A DNA stretch of 64,000 bases from the NCBI GenBank assembly GCA_964016885.1, contig OZ024763.1, forward strand, positions 18,786,001-18,850,000, given 5' to 3'. Positions 63,965-64,000 of this stretch are shown in pieces. Source of the stretch: Eledone cirrhosa. Taxonomy: Eukaryota. The notes below the pieces were generated by a model. It saw nothing but the letters and a program-made list of their open reading frames with translations. It was not told where the DNA came from and made no database searches. The position numbers and the translations under genes were made by a program. Position 1 is the first letter of the stretch; the number at the start of each line of letters is the position of its first letter.

Positions 63965-64000
63965 TAAAATAACAGATTAAAGTTTAAGCAAATATATATA

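Overview
Eukaryotic, AT-rich genomic DNA saturated with microsatellites and transposons. The SINE, RTE and Dong-R4 repertoire suggests a coleoid cephalopod, probably an octopod (inference). Nearly all long ORFs in the supplied track are simple-repeat artefacts. One host gene runs on the + strand across the window and is incomplete at both ends: phase-compatible GT-AG exons at 7694-7737, 10264-10619, 13056-13073, 22625-22706, 27217-27571, 30517-30615 (or 30601), 56474-56603 and 62908-63162, plus candidates at 35631-35666, 38408+ and 55889-55945. It encodes a tyrosine-motif- and proline-rich adaptor with a PH domain resembling AFAP1-family PH1. The introns hold Dong/R4-type (RLE) and RTE LINE fragments, at least three tRNA-derived SINE families, TTAA-flanked and hAT-like MITEs, a Helitron-type end and many minisatellites. 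Main observations: (1) several unrelated short (TA)n-embedded elements carry minimal hammerhead ribozyme folds of the Penelope-like type; the two intact ones are antisense to the host gene and the sense-strand ones are variant, degenerate or halved; (2) about ten near-perfect fold-back inversions, and one intron framed by an inverted duplication; (3) a ~55-copy 30-bp array of overlapping UGCAUG and GUAAGU motifs just downstream of an exon; (4) repeated birth of minisatellites inside mobile elements, with unexpanded sister copies in the same window. All exon and RNA-structure calls were read by eye and need computational or experimental confirmation.
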